Shown: positions 48,142 through 62,200 of the stretch, one piece after another
How the letters are laid out: each line of letters starts with the position of its first letter
How positions within the stretch are numbered: the first letter of the stretch is position 1
Assembly: GCF_006345805.1 (NCBI RefSeq)
Contig: NC_043013.1
Coordinates: 13,020,001-13,084,000, forward strand
Source: Octopus sinensis
Taxonomy: Eukaryota
DNA length: 64,000 bases
Direction of reading: 5' to 3'
The notes under the pieces: model-generated
Told to the model about the DNA's origin: nothing
What the model saw: the letters and a program-made list of their open reading frames with translations, nothing else
The model's database searches: none
Program-made: the position numbers and the translations under genes

Positions 48142-49681
48142 GTAAATTTCTGTTTGTTATTTTCCTTTTTTTAACCTCTTATATATCCTTTCTCCATATT
48201 AACATTAAGTATTGATTTATATCATTTTACTGCTGGTGTTTGAAAGTTCAATATTAATTATAAAATGGTAACATTTAATTATTAAATTACATCAAGACAT
48301 AAAGAAAAATCCATATGATTTCCATTTATGATACATTGCTAATTTTGGGATAAGAGAAGTAATATTTTCAAGGGTTCTTGACTTTCGTGTGTGTATTATT
48401 TTTTTCTATTTTACTTGAAACGAAAAAGTAAATGGCCGAGTGAATGAGATATTTGACAACTTGATCATAGAGAATGAGTTCTGTTTCATTGTTTCTGGGG
48501 GAAATACTATGTTCTACATTGCCTCAGTTTTGTTTTTTGTTGTTTCTTTTTTGCTTATCAAGAAAAATATATCAATTTGGCAATATTCCATCACTTCTCA
48601 AAGATTATCAATCATCTTGATTTCTTGCTTGACATTTTGATCCAGTTTCTGGTTTTGGTTAGAGTTTGTGTGCAATGCATATAACTCAACAAGTCATTCT
48701 ATATTAAACTTATTGTTTCTTCCTTTGTGCAGTGTAACTATTTGACAGAGATTAAGATTTGATGTGGTTATATAGCAGAGATCTCTTGCCAAGAGCCTGG
48801 TTCTGGGAGTCTTTCGTGCTTTGCTGACTCTGATATCCAGTTGAATTATTTACGTGAATCGAAGTAGTGGTTAAAGACAACACATGGGTTATAGGTTTTT
48901 ACTCTGTTTCCACCACCAGTTGTTTCAAAAATTCTGCAAATATCCTGAATACTTCACTTTTTCCCTTTCCCCATGCTAAAAATATAATAATAACGAAAAT
49001 ACAAAACGTGACTATCACAACATAGAGAAAAAGATACCCTGAGGTTGTGTGAGATTTGGATTAAATCCCCTTATAGCAAATGAGTAGTGTAAGATCCGCA
49101 GAAAGTCAATATAAATGAGCAGCCATATCCATGGATCTTCCCTGGTTATTTTAAAACTAAAGATTGTGAAAATGCATAATTTCTTTGCATTATGTTTTTT
49201 CTGAAGCTATTATTTCTCGGATTTGTGTAAAGTTCTCTTAGGGAAAACAATATTCTTTCTTATAGAATTGTTATCTCTTCATCTTTAGGAGTTACTTTCT
49301 TTTATTTTCGTCCTTACGTCAGAAAGTAAAAACTTCGTAGAAAAAGCTATACGCACTTGTTCATGAGGAATCACTGGTTTAACGTTCTTCGCTTTTGTCT
49401 GGTGACAATATCATAAAACTATTTTAAAGTTATTGAAAGGTTTAAAGATTTAAATAATCTTAACAGGGTAATGAAATGAAAGACATTCTATAGTATCATT
49501 ATGCTATGATACGACTACACTGAGACCAGTGTTACAAATCTTAATACATTTTCTATTTTAGAGAATAGTGCATACGACTAGAATTGAAATCGCTGACCTA
49601 GTGAACAAAGTACTGCAGCTGTCACGCTGCAGTATGGATTCTAAATTTGTGTCTATGTATGTATGTATGTATGTATGTATG

Positions 49682-50500
<819 letters not shown>

Positions 50501-50799
50501 AGACTGTGCCCAACTGACCCTACTATAGTGTGTAGTCGACAAAATCAAAAACGAACAATGCACATAAGCAAAAGCAAAAAAATAAAAAATAAAATGGTGA
50601 CAATTTCTGATATTCAACGCGGAATACTCTGTATTTGAGTGCGGAACTCTCTGTTATTCAGATTATTATTATCATTGCTTTACTTCTCAGAACGTTCAGT
50701 CTCGTTTGTTCTGGTAGATTCTATGAGAGAAGACAGCAGCCTGCAGTCAGAGATCTCACAAAATCTCTTTCTGCACATTATATGATACTTGGTTGTTAA

Positions 50800-51850
50800 T
50801 TATTGTAGGAAACTTTCAATATACAAGTACCAATCTCAAAATCCTACCTGTCCCCAGTAGATCAGTTTTTTGGCCTTACTCTGCTCTCATGTCAATTCCG
50901 ATTTCTTTGACATATTTCTCGAACTTGGTTGCTAGTGTTCGGAGTGCCCTTAAAGCTACTGGAATGACAGACACTCTCCTCGTAGTCTATATTCTCACAA
51001 CTTCGTCTTTTAGAAGTCTGTACTTTTCAATCTTTTCTAGTTCTTTGTCACTTATGCGTGCATCTCCGGGTATTGCAATATCTATAATCTTGGTTTCCTT
51101 TTTCCCTTTATCTACCACAACAATATCTGGTCTCCGAGCCTTGATCAAGGAATCACATTGGATCGTAAAATCTCACAGTATCTTATGTTCCTTGTTCTCA
51201 GTGACTACTTCTGGTTCATGTTCGTATCATTTCCGTATTCAGTTCAGGTCGCACTTTTCACATAGCGTTCAGGAGACAAACTTATCCACATTATCGTGCC
51301 TCCTTTTGTAGTGCTTTTGAGACAGCTTGCTACACTCACTCACAATATGTGAGATTGTTTCGTTTTCGCTTGCACACATCCTAAAAAGAGGCGGCTCGGA
51401 ATTTGGTGTAATTAGTTCTCAGAGCTTCTTCCTAGGTGCTACATATAAATGCCTCACTGCATCCTTTCAGATCACTTTTTCTTAACCATCTGTAAGTATT
51501 GATCTTGTCTTTTCCTTCGATTTCTCTGAGGTATTGCCCATGCAACGGTTTCATTTTCCAGTTGTGTACTCTTTTTTCATTTTGTTTCTTAAATGCTTGT
51601 GGGTGCCCTCCTGTTACAGGAGAACTTATAGGCATAATCGAGGAACCGCACTGTCCGAAATTTCCCCGACTCCGACTTACAGGTCTACACTGAGAGAGGT
51701 AACATCCACTCTTGCCATTTTTGCAACTTTCACCCACCTTTCAATACACTCACTCAAGGACAGAACTTCCCTCTCCACTCGCAATTTCATTTTTCAAGTG
51801 AAAATCCACTTCCTTTCATAGAGATTTTTATTTTCCTGTAGCCAGGGGAG
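50800..51850 (-). mobile_element. R4/Dong-like 3' fragment with REL domain
   Basis: WLRKSDLKGCSEAFICS, PNSEPPLFRMCASENETISHIVSECSKLSQKHYKRRHDNV, ARRPDIVVVD...IIDIAIPGD...EKIEKY. Confidence 0.85.
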
Positions 51851-52323
51851 ACGTTTACGCTGGTCTATATTTATCGACTGTGTGATGTTTAGTTCTTCAA
51901 CTTTTGTTATTTCTTCAATTGGTTCGTCTCCCTCCTCGGTTTTAGCTGGTGTGTGTTATTTTGTTTGTTGTTTTATGCTTCAGTATTCGCCTGTCTATGT
52001 GTGTTGTTTATGTGTATGTGAGTGTATGGAGTGTCATTATGCATCTGTATACCAATTCATTAGTGTTCTTTTTTTATGTCTGTAAACATTAAAATCTCCC
52101 TAACACATTCAGTATAACACAATCTATATTCTGATACTTTCTCTCCCTATTTCCAAAGCTATCTCTCTCTTTCTCTTTTTCCCACTTTTCCCTGCTCTTT
52201 GTTACTCCCCCCATCTCTCTTAGCTGTATATTTTTCTGTATCAGAACAAACAAAACACATAATTTTATGTGACAATGGTTTTTATAATATGTATAACAAT
52301 TAAAACATTGATTTGATTTCTAG

Positions 52324-52498
52324 GGATCGTGGCCTGCAGACTATTCCATACAAACTAATGCTAAAAAAGAAAAGTATGCATTGGATCCTAATCATTCACA
52401 TTTTATCCTTGTTGATGATGGTACCAAAGACAATTTTGGAGAAATAATTGAATTTAGAAAAAAGTTAGAACATACTATTTCACAAGAGAAAATCCCAG
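52324..52498 (+). CDS. TRPM: TRPM-family channel, exon E (GSWPADY...LDPNHSHFILVDDGT...EFRKKLEHTIS)
   Basis: Acceptor gatttctag, donor gtaagt. Contains the hallmark LDPNHSHFILVDDG motif. Phase 0 to 1. Confidence 0.95.
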
Positions 52499-53599
52499 GT
52501 AAGTTGTTATTACTGAGAAATCTAAACATATCATACAGAACAGAGATGAAATATTATTGAGAATTCCTTGTTAAATTGACACATACATCATATCAAATGT
52601 CTCCCTTTAATATGGAACAGATCTTTTATAGGTTTTAGTTAAATTATTTTTAATATTTAAGACCTAAGCAATTCTATTTTTCTATGGTATCCAATCAACT
52701 TACTGAATGATTCTTTTATTCCAATGTTGACTGGTTCAGTGGTGTCACTGCTTTGCTAATAAAGTCACAATGAGTTTGGAACATGTCTGGATTTTCTCTA
52801 TGAAGTTTTGTTCTCTTTATTGTTCCTATCATTATGTTTTCTCCAAATGTATTCCTCATTGTTGTACATATTGTGTTAAACTTTGTGTAGGATGCTATCG
52901 TCACATTTGGGCTGGTGTCCCAGTTGCTATTCATCCTCTCCTTCATTGACTTTAAAGCATGTTTCTGACGTTATTGGTCCTGTTTTGGTAGCTAAACTCC
53001 AACCTCACTTTTATCATTGTGATATGACTTCCTTATCTCTTTTCTCCCATTGTCATTTTTCTCCCTAACTCCCTAACTTTCCCTTCTTGTCCCTTCTCTT
53101 AATGTGGCTAATTGAGTGATTCATCTATTTGCTACTTCTCATCATTTCCCTGTTCTTATTCCCTCCTGTCAGAAATGTTTTTTTAATCTCAGTGTTTTCC
53201 CTCTAACTTTTTCTTGTTTTTCAGATAACAATGATTTTCCTTTTTTAATTTTGGGTTTACTATTTTGTTTTATTTTTATTACAGTTTCTCATTAGATGAG
53301 ACAGTTGATCTCCTGAAAGATTAGCTATCATGTTTCTAAGCACTTTAAAGATTTTAATTTTGTTTTAAAGTGATACCAAATTAAGGCAGGCATAGATTTC
53401 ATTAATTCTTCTTCCTTTTTGGGATCACTGGTTGGGTCTGATGGAAGCCACTTGATAACAACAAGGCTACTCTACCTTTTTCGAGATATATTGTCATGTT
53501 ATCCTTCATTGATTTACTCAGAGCCTCCAGAATTCACTTGTTTTTCATTAAACATTAATCCATGGCAATCATTTGATATCTCTAAAGTACATCTCTAAA

Positions 53600-54330
53600 T
53601 TTTGAAATTCATGGCAATGTGTCACCCAGGTGCATCAAGTCTAAAAAGGGTTTGAAAACAGAATTTGCTGTATAGCTCCCAGGAAGCAGTGTGGAAACAA
53701 CAACAGAAGGAAAAAACCAGCTGTGATTGCTGAAGCATTATGTTGATAGTCATTGCATGCTGTTGTGGAGGGTTTGTGTGGTCCAGTAACTCTGAGTGCA
53801 ATCTTGTAGGGCCATTCATAATGATAAATCAAAGAAGGGGACCCAGATAGAACATAGCCAACCCTTTCAATACCTCAGTGACAAAACAAGTAGATGTAGA
53901 CAACAACAATATCATATTTCAATAGTGTTTGAACAGGTAGAAGTAGGCAATGTCAAAATGGACTGTCTATGATGGTGTCATTCAGAAGTATAAATGAGTT
54001 AGTGGCTATCTACCATTTCCCTCAGCTGATACTGTCCATCTGATTCTACATGCTCTGTAGAGGATGGTCCTGAAACCATAATGCATTGGTCACTCCCTAA
54101 CAAGTTAGGTTCCACAGAACAAATTCTTCTAGCTGATATACTGAGCAACAGACTGAAACAGGAATGCCTTTAAAGATCTGCCATTAACTTCCAGGAAGCA
54201 CGTTTCAGATCCTTGCAAATGAACCTTGTCAAAACTAGCAGAAATCACTGCCCTTTGGTCAGCAGTGAGTTTGGAGTCATTGATCTCTGCTGTTAATATG
54301 TCAATATTATATTTTTGTTTCCAGAAGCTT
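53600..54330 (-). mobile_element. Very decayed CR1/L2-type RT
   Basis: Degenerate HYGFR, FDIA and LGPLL.FII.MN motifs. Confidence 0.35.
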
Positions 54331-55802
54331 TACTGGTCAAATAACTTTTGTACTGTTTCCTTCATGCAGCTTTTATAAAACCATAAACATTCTAATAATT
54401 TGGCTTCAAATTCCTTCTCATTGAAAGTTATCCAATCAGACACCAATCAAACACACCTGATACTATTTTATTAATCACTACCAAGAGAAGTATTTCAACA
54501 AAAAGGTGGAACTTTACATATTTCCACTCTCTATTCATTTTCAATTCATTAACTTCCCTCAGTATTCAATGAAAAGCGATACATCCAGAATATTCTACTG
54601 ATAAAGTGTCTTTGGTGCATTTCCATGGCCACCCATTATTAATGAGAGAAACACAATAAGAAGATTAATTATAAAATGAAAGATTACATATGATCAATTA
54701 CCATAATTTCAAATTTGCACAATTTCAGTTCGATAAATAAATTTCAATCACCTGATATGTCAGTATTAGGGGGTTGATGCACATAGCAATGTATTCAGCA
54801 GAAGCTCTACATTAAGTGAGTCTTAAACTAAATTGTTACCTTTCTATTTAGGTTTTAGAAGAAGAGAGATAAAGTAAAGTTAAGAGAGAAGTGAAAAAGG
54901 TATTGATAATATTAGATTGGCAGGGGAAATGAAAGAATGAGAAAGAAAAGGAAGGAAAATGATGAAATTAATTAATGACATTTGTTGATTGCTTAGATAG
55001 ATGTGGCTAATGTTCAGATTGATCAGCCACAAGTTAATGCCAGTTTGAATAAGTGTTACAAGAGTAATGTGTGTGAATATGATTTTGAGGAGGAAGTATT
55101 TGGAAAAGTGGTTAGTTTGGAAATGAGTGGGAACACAAAGAATTGTTAATGAGAGGAATAATGACCAGTGCATTATCAGCAAATATATAAGAGTCAGGAG
55201 ACAGAGCTTTTGCAGAGAGAAATCTTGACCAGCCAGATGCTTGGTGTTCATTTCTGTGTAATATAGGTTATTTCTGATGTTTAAATGCAGTCCCTTTCCT
55301 GTTGTGGAGACCGTATCAATTGAAGGTCTCACAATGAAGAACTTTGTAGAAAGTTGTACAGAGTTGAAGTATGATCTGGTTCAAAAAAGGAAGACAACAC
55401 CTAGACACTCTTGTTTGATATATTATAGATTTGAGATTGCCAGGAGAGATACTCAGTAATTTAGAAGCTTAGAATGTGTGGTGACCTTAAGGATTTAGTT
55501 GTATGCAGTTTAAGACTAGAGGGGGTAAGTGGTTGGAGAATGTTTCTTTGTTATGAGCATTATGTCCTTATTATTCTGTTGAAATAAAAAAGATTATAGA
55601 GGTTATATAGAATTTATATAAAGCATGTGGAAGTTAAAAAGCAGTGAAGAATGCTGTCACCTGAGTATTAAGCATTTCTGTCTTTTCTGTTTTAACATAT
55701 CTGTATAGTTTTATATTTATTACAGTTATGTATGTCTATTGTGTCTGTAATATTTGGCAGATGGATTTAGCATTTAACTATATATATTTCATTGCATCTG
55801 GG

Positions 55803-56037
55803 GAGAGTCATTCTCTTTTAGCACCTTATTAATTTAACACACTCACCAGTCCAATTTACAATAATTTATTTATACTAAAATTTTCGTTGCACCTTTTCAG
55901 TAGTCAGAGAGTCAATGGCTATTGAAATGATTGCAAGACACAATGAAAATTTGAGTAAAACTAAATAAATAAATGAATGGAAATTGGACTGGTGAGTGTG
56001 TTAAATTGATAAGGCACTAAAAGAGAATGAATCTCTC
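55803..56037. mobile_element. MITE with ~55-bp TIRs
   Basis: GAGAGTCATTCTCTTTTAGCACCTTATTAATTTAACACACTCACCAGTCCAATTT and its near-perfect reverse complement at 55981-56037. Confidence 0.85.
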
Positions 56038-56859
56038 GAGACACAATAAATTATGCTTCAACACAAGAATTCACATGAAGAATCTTGCAAACCAAATACA
56101 AAAAAAAAACAAAAACAATGAAATATATACACTTTGTATTAGTGAAAGAGTATTAGCTTAGTGTAGTAATATTTTTGTGAGAGATGAGGTAGTTGTTATG
56201 TAATATATAAAACAAATTCAATTAATCCCAGTGGAAATTAATGTTAATTAACATGTGTATGTCTTTGTAAAATATATACATATCAAGGTGGACAGAACCT
56301 GAGAAAGAAAAATACCTAGGAAGACCTGGGTCAAAGTGGGGAAAAATTACCCTCACATTTTGTGCTTTACAGGTGAGGTGACAAAGAACTGAGATGATTG
56401 ATGATTTGGGCTTCAGGAGACATGTCCATCCAAGTAAAATTGAGACCCTAAAGACATATTGCCTATATCTGTACACCTGCACACAATCCATGTCTCTGAT
56501 GAATCTCTCTCCAAAGACATATCTTCTTATGCCCCTCCCTCCACCCATGTTCACCTCTCACTGCAATCCCCTCCCCTCCATCTCACCTTTCACACTCTTA
56601 TGAATTTTCCTACCCACTCACCTTATCCAATCCTCTGTACCACTTACCATATTCACACCTTTCTCTCTGAGGGAATGCCCCAACACATCTTCATCACCCT
56701 CTTCTCTTTCTCATCTTCTCTCTCTGTTTCCACCTGGGGCAGCCATGCATCTTCTCTACTGCAATATACCTGCTTCTGTCCCCTTATTCATACTCTAACT
56801 TCTCATCACCTGGCACAAAGCCACCTCCCTCAATATTAATTTCTCCTTCAGTTAAGGGG

Positions 56860-57045
56860 TCTTCTTTTACAACTCACTTGGTCACCTCACCAATGTTAGT
56901 ACCACATAAAAGCACCCAGTAAATTCTGTAAAATGGCTGGTGTTAAGAAGAGCTCCAGCTATAACCATGTTGAAAGAAATGGCAGAGCTTGGCATGGTCT
57001 TCAGGCTAATAGGAGGGAAGGTGTTAAATGATGATGATGATGATC
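56860..57045 (+). mobile_element. Degenerate RTE-type tail element
   Basis: ATAAAAGCACCCAGTA...GGTGTTAAGAAGAGCTCCAGC, then (GAT)n. Confidence 0.55.
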
Positions 57046-57813
57046 GAACTCTCTCATGCACCAAATGGCAGTTGCTAGAAAGCGTTCGTGAAGTAAAACC
57101 AAGTAGCAACACCAAATGGCGGTGCCCCAGCATGGCCACAGCTCATGAGCTGAAACTAGAATCAATCAATCAATCAATCAATGATGTTGTTGTTTTTGTA
57201 GTTGATGAAAATGATAATAATATGGATGCATGTTTCTAAAAACACAACGTGCTTAACTCATGCTAAATTTTATACTCCAGACAAGTCATGTTTTATACAT
57301 TAGTCAAATATATTTCCTACCCTAATATTCTAGACCTAAGTGAGGTTACATTTTATACCTAAATCAGGTATATTTTAGAACTTATACCATTTATTTTTAC
57401 CTTAATCAGGTACGCTTTTTTATATCCTTGCAATGGACATATAATATAACAAAGCAGTGAGGAAGAAAGTATATGCCTGATGCATTACTATTACAAGATA
57501 TCCAATGCTCAGTATTAAAAGGTTCACAGTGAACTGCTTACCAACATGAACTGCCAATCTCTCACAGTTCTTTGTTTTATAACAATGAGACAGTCCACCT
57601 TTAGTCACTTGGGTGTGGTCAGAATCTTTCCCCAACAACTTTACAGCTTGATCAGATTATACTTCATACTTAAAAAGGTATATATTTTAAATTCAATCTG
57701 GTATACTTTTCATACATTAATTAGGTATTTGTTGCATCTTAGTCGGGTATATTTTATAAGTTAATCAAATATATCTTGTATCTTAAATATCATATTTTCT
57801 CTCACAATTTTAG

Positions 57814-57926
57814 AGCAAGAAAATTTCAAGATTCCAGCTGTTGTAGTACTGGTTGGAGGTGGACTTGAAACTCTGAAATCAGTCTTGGATTCAATATCAC
57901 ACAACATCCCAGTTATAACAGTAAAG
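57814..57926 (+). CDS. TRPM: TRPM-family channel, exon F (EQENFKIPAVVVLVGGGLETLKSVLDSISHNIPVITVK)
   Basis: Acceptor caattttag, donor gtcagt. Matches 'IPVV.LVV.GG...L......PVVV'. Phase 1 to 0. Confidence 0.92.
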
Positions 57927-59256
57927 GTCAGTAAACAGACTATTCTGTGAAAAGGGTTACTGGAAGTTCATATCTTTTATGTATCTGAAGAAACTTGTGC
58001 TTAGGAAAACTAAATAGGACTACATGAGTATTTTGCTGGTGTAGAATTTTATATCAATATTTTATTTAATGAACTACATGGTTGCTGGTTTTATAGTCAA
58101 CTGCTTAAATCTTATGACAATTTCTATTGGATGAATGTAATTATATGTATTCAATTCAGAGTATTTTATAACCAATATTCTTTTTAAAAAATCTGTCTCT
58201 AAATTGAACCATGAAGAGTAATTAGTATTCTTGATATTAACAGCTTAATAAGAAAATGCTCTAACAGACACTGTGGCTCCAACATGTTGAAAGATACGAG
58301 GTAATTAGAAAACTCTAATACCTTCTGTTTTGAATAAGACAGAGGACTTGTTCTTCCTATTAAATATTATCAACAATACCTTCACTACATTTACAACACA
58401 TCCTAAAAGAAGGCAAGAGTTTAGTTGAAAAAAAACATATAGACAGTAAATGGCCCCATATTTGACCAGCACAAAGATCCAACCTGCATCATACCAGTCC
58501 TGCCTGGACCCCTAATTTCTTAACAATCAATTTCAACAATCTACGAAGTACATTTTAACCACCATGGACAGACAACAGGCTGTACACAGCACTCAGAAGT
58601 AAGCAGGTGGCAGCAAAACTAGCAGCAGACCAGAGCACTGTCACAACACTAAAGCAATGGACATCAACAGTGGCAACACACCATGACCAGCTAAGATTAA
58701 GAAGCTCACAACTATGACTATAATCATACCTATTGCAGGAATAATAAGCTTTGGATTAACATATTTGTATACGATAAAAGTAATATTTCTTATTAAAACC
58801 ACAAATGGATTTAAGTGTTTTTATCATAACAAAGTTGATAATTAAATGAGCCTGTAAGAAAGAGCAGCTAAATTTACATCAAATCACATCTTAAAAATGC
58901 AAGGACATATTGGATATTATAGTTACAGTACTCAATATCCTAAAGAATATCCTAAAGCACTGTAATAGTTACCAAGTAAGGTCATTATCAAACTCTGCTG
59001 GAACCCAGAAATGAAACGATGGAAGAAATGCAACCTATCCAAACTGATACACTGAAACCTGTATTACAAAGCTCTGCAGGTCAGATTGCACATTACAGTC
59101 CTCAGATTAGTGAAACAACCACAAACTAATAGCAGCAACACAGGAGGAGTTTACAACAACTTATTTGGATTGAAATTTGATGAGAACTAGAGACTTTTAC
59201 CTCTTTGAATGAATGAATAAATAAATGAATAAATGGAAGGATGGATGGATGGATAT

Positions 59257-62200
59257 GTTTCTTTATTAGCCACACAGGGCTGCACACAGACGGGACAGAT
59301 TACAAAGTAGAGCTTTTCTTTTTCTTAGAGAGAAAAATAAAGGTGGGGTAGGTTTTCGATCAAAAGGGATCGTAAAAGGGAAAAAAGAAAAAAAGGAAAA
59401 TAAACAAAAGAAGAGAAAAAAGAAAAAAAAAGAAGAAAAAAGAAAGGAAAAAAAGGGAGAAAAGAAAAAAAACGATCAATAGGGATCGTGTATCACAGTA
59501 TCATGATGTACGGTGTAAAGGGGGAAGCACATAAGGTTTATCCGTGGGAAGAAAAGCCTACGGAAAAGACCACAGTAACTTCGGTCAACATTGTTACATG
59601 TTACCAGATTTGTTTGCAAGTGGGTAACCCTCTGTTTTCAATTTCTGGGTTCATTGGATTATGCTCAAGGTGGCTTCGTCATTCATACGTACCATCCTTG
59701 CTACATTCACCCATCTTTTTTTAAAACATTCGCTAGACAAAACTTGCCTCTCTACTCTCACTTTCCGTTTCAAGTGATACCTGAAGAAGTTGATGAGAGA
59801 TTGACCAGAGAGGAAAGTGTTTGTCTCCAATCCTTTCAGACGCGTCCACCAGATACATTCTTTCGCCATAGCCACAAGGATGATGAAAATAGCTCTTCCT
59901 TCCCGTTTGAAGGAAGGAGGCGTGACAATATTGACGATAGACTCAGCTGATAAACCGACTCGTCCCACACGTGACAGCAGTTGTTCGACATAAGCCCACA
60001 GGTCAAAAATTGTTATACACTGCATGAGTGTGTGCAGAACGGTTTCGTCGCTCTGACCGCATCTCGGGCAGGTCGGCCTCGTGTTTCTCGAGCCGTGTCT
60101 GTAGAGCTTATCCCGAACGGGTAGCGCTTCTCGGTAGCACTGCCAGGAAGTTGTCCATGGGCCCTGGCCCGAAAGTCGTCCCGAACAGGCGGGTCAGGTA
60201 TTCCTCGTCGACGTCCAGGTTCGCCCCGAGCTCGTCGTCGTACCTCCCCTCCACTATTCCCCTATAGAATGCTTGGGTTGTGTTGGAGTCACTCAAGGTC
60301 GACCAGGGACGGCAGAGTTGCTTGAGAGCAACCCGACACTCGCGGTGCCATTCGCCCTTCCTCGGCCTTTTTTTATCCACGACTGCAGTTCGGTCATGGA
60401 TACGAGTTGCGGTAAAGCGTGCCTCACAAACGGCGACCACACCTGTTCACCGTCGTCTACGTAGAGCCTGAGGTGTCGCAGTCTCAGCGCGTGTCTGCGC
60501 ATCATCAACCACGGCATGCCCAGTCCTCCTTTTAACGGGGGTTGACAGCAAATGGATCGCCTGACCATCGGGACGCATCCTTTCCACAAGAAGCGAAAGA
60601 GAATGCGTTCTAGTTTGGTGATGGTAGAGTCGGGACAAGGCACGACGGTCAGGCGGTAGTAGATGACGGACGCGATGTGCGAGTTCGCCACCTCCGCCCG
60701 ACCTTTTAGGGACTGTTTCCTCTCGGCCCATTGCCGGGCGAGAGTGACCATTCTACACGTTATCTCGTTCCAGTTCTTCCCCATTTGGAGGTCCGGACCA
60801 AACCAGACCCCGAGCAACTCGACCGGACCGTCGGTCCAGCATCCCACGACAGAGGCGCTGGTGGACGGCATGGGCTTGCTTCTCCAGGTGCCGAGTCGCA
60901 AGTCCACTGATTTTTCCCGGTTGATTTTCGCTCCTGTCACCGCTTCGTAGTTTTTCAGTGTCTCGCAGACCTGCTCGATGTGCTCGTGGCTAGACACTAT
61001 GACGGTGACGTAGTCCGCGTATGCAGACACGCTCGTCCCGCATCCCAGTTCTCGCGGGATGCCCCTCAGAGTTGCCAGCTTCCGCAATAATGGCTCGAGA
61101 GTCAATACGTATAGAAGCGACGAGAGGGGGCATCCCTGACGGACCGAACGTGCGATGTCGAAAGGTCTCGATAGATGTCCATTTATGCGAATTACCGAAT
61201 GGATGCCTCTGTACAAAGCGGCTATCCAGCCGCGGAAGACGGGACCGAAACCAGCCGCTCTGAGGACAGCCTCCAAGTATCGATGGTCTACCCTATCGAA
61301 AGCTTTCGATTGATCCAAATTTATCCGCGCCCCACCCATGCCAGGTTCCTTAACTACCTTGTCTATGATATAGTGCATCAGGTGGAGGTTGTCATGGATG
61401 CTCCGGCCCGGCACGGCGCACGTTTGTGCCTTGTCGACCAGTTTCTCGATGACAAGTGCCAACCGCTTGGCTAACACCTTGGCCAAAATTTTCAAGTCTG
61501 CATTAAGCAGGTGATGGACCTAAAGTTATCTATTACATTCTCCTTTCTTGAGCAGTGTTACGGTTCCTCGGCTCACAAAACCAGGAATGCTCCCGTTTTG
61601 CTGCCAGTGGCAGTACACCGCTGCCAAGACGTCTCCAAACAAGTCTGGCATACAACTGTAAAGCTCGTAGGGTAGACCATCCAGACCCAGCGATTTGTCC
61701 CTCGAGCATTCTGCCATCGCGTCCTGCACTTCCGCCGCCGTGATGGCACCTTCGTAGCGCCCTGCCTTTCTTGTCGAGAGTCGTGGTAGGCTGTGTAGGT
61801 AGACACTGAAGTCCACCCTACGTTCTTGTCCGCCACTCGTCCCGAACAGTCGGGCAAAATGCTGTTGAAAGGCCTCACACATTTTACTTGGCTCGAGCAA
61901 TTCACGCCCCTGTTCATCTACCAGAGACCGAATGGTGGCTTTGTTGCCCTGTTGCGCCTCTGCCACCCGGACCTATCTCGCGGCTCCAACACCTTCGTTC
62001 CTTAGAGCACGCATCCTAGCTCTGACAACACACCCTTCGTGTTTGGCGTTGAAGTGTTGGTCGAGGGCCAACCTCGCCGCCAAAACGTCGGATGCGATGC
62101 CGCTTCTAATTGCCTCTTCTAGCTTCTTAACTAGCTCACCCTCTACTCTATTTCTATCTATGGCTAGTGCTTTGCTGTGCCTAATCGCTTCTGCTTTTAC

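Noticed and set aside
54880-56860. Further Penelope relics at about 54880-55300 and 56300-56860
   Set aside because: Only vague resemblance; no diagnostic motif survives, so they are not listed as features.
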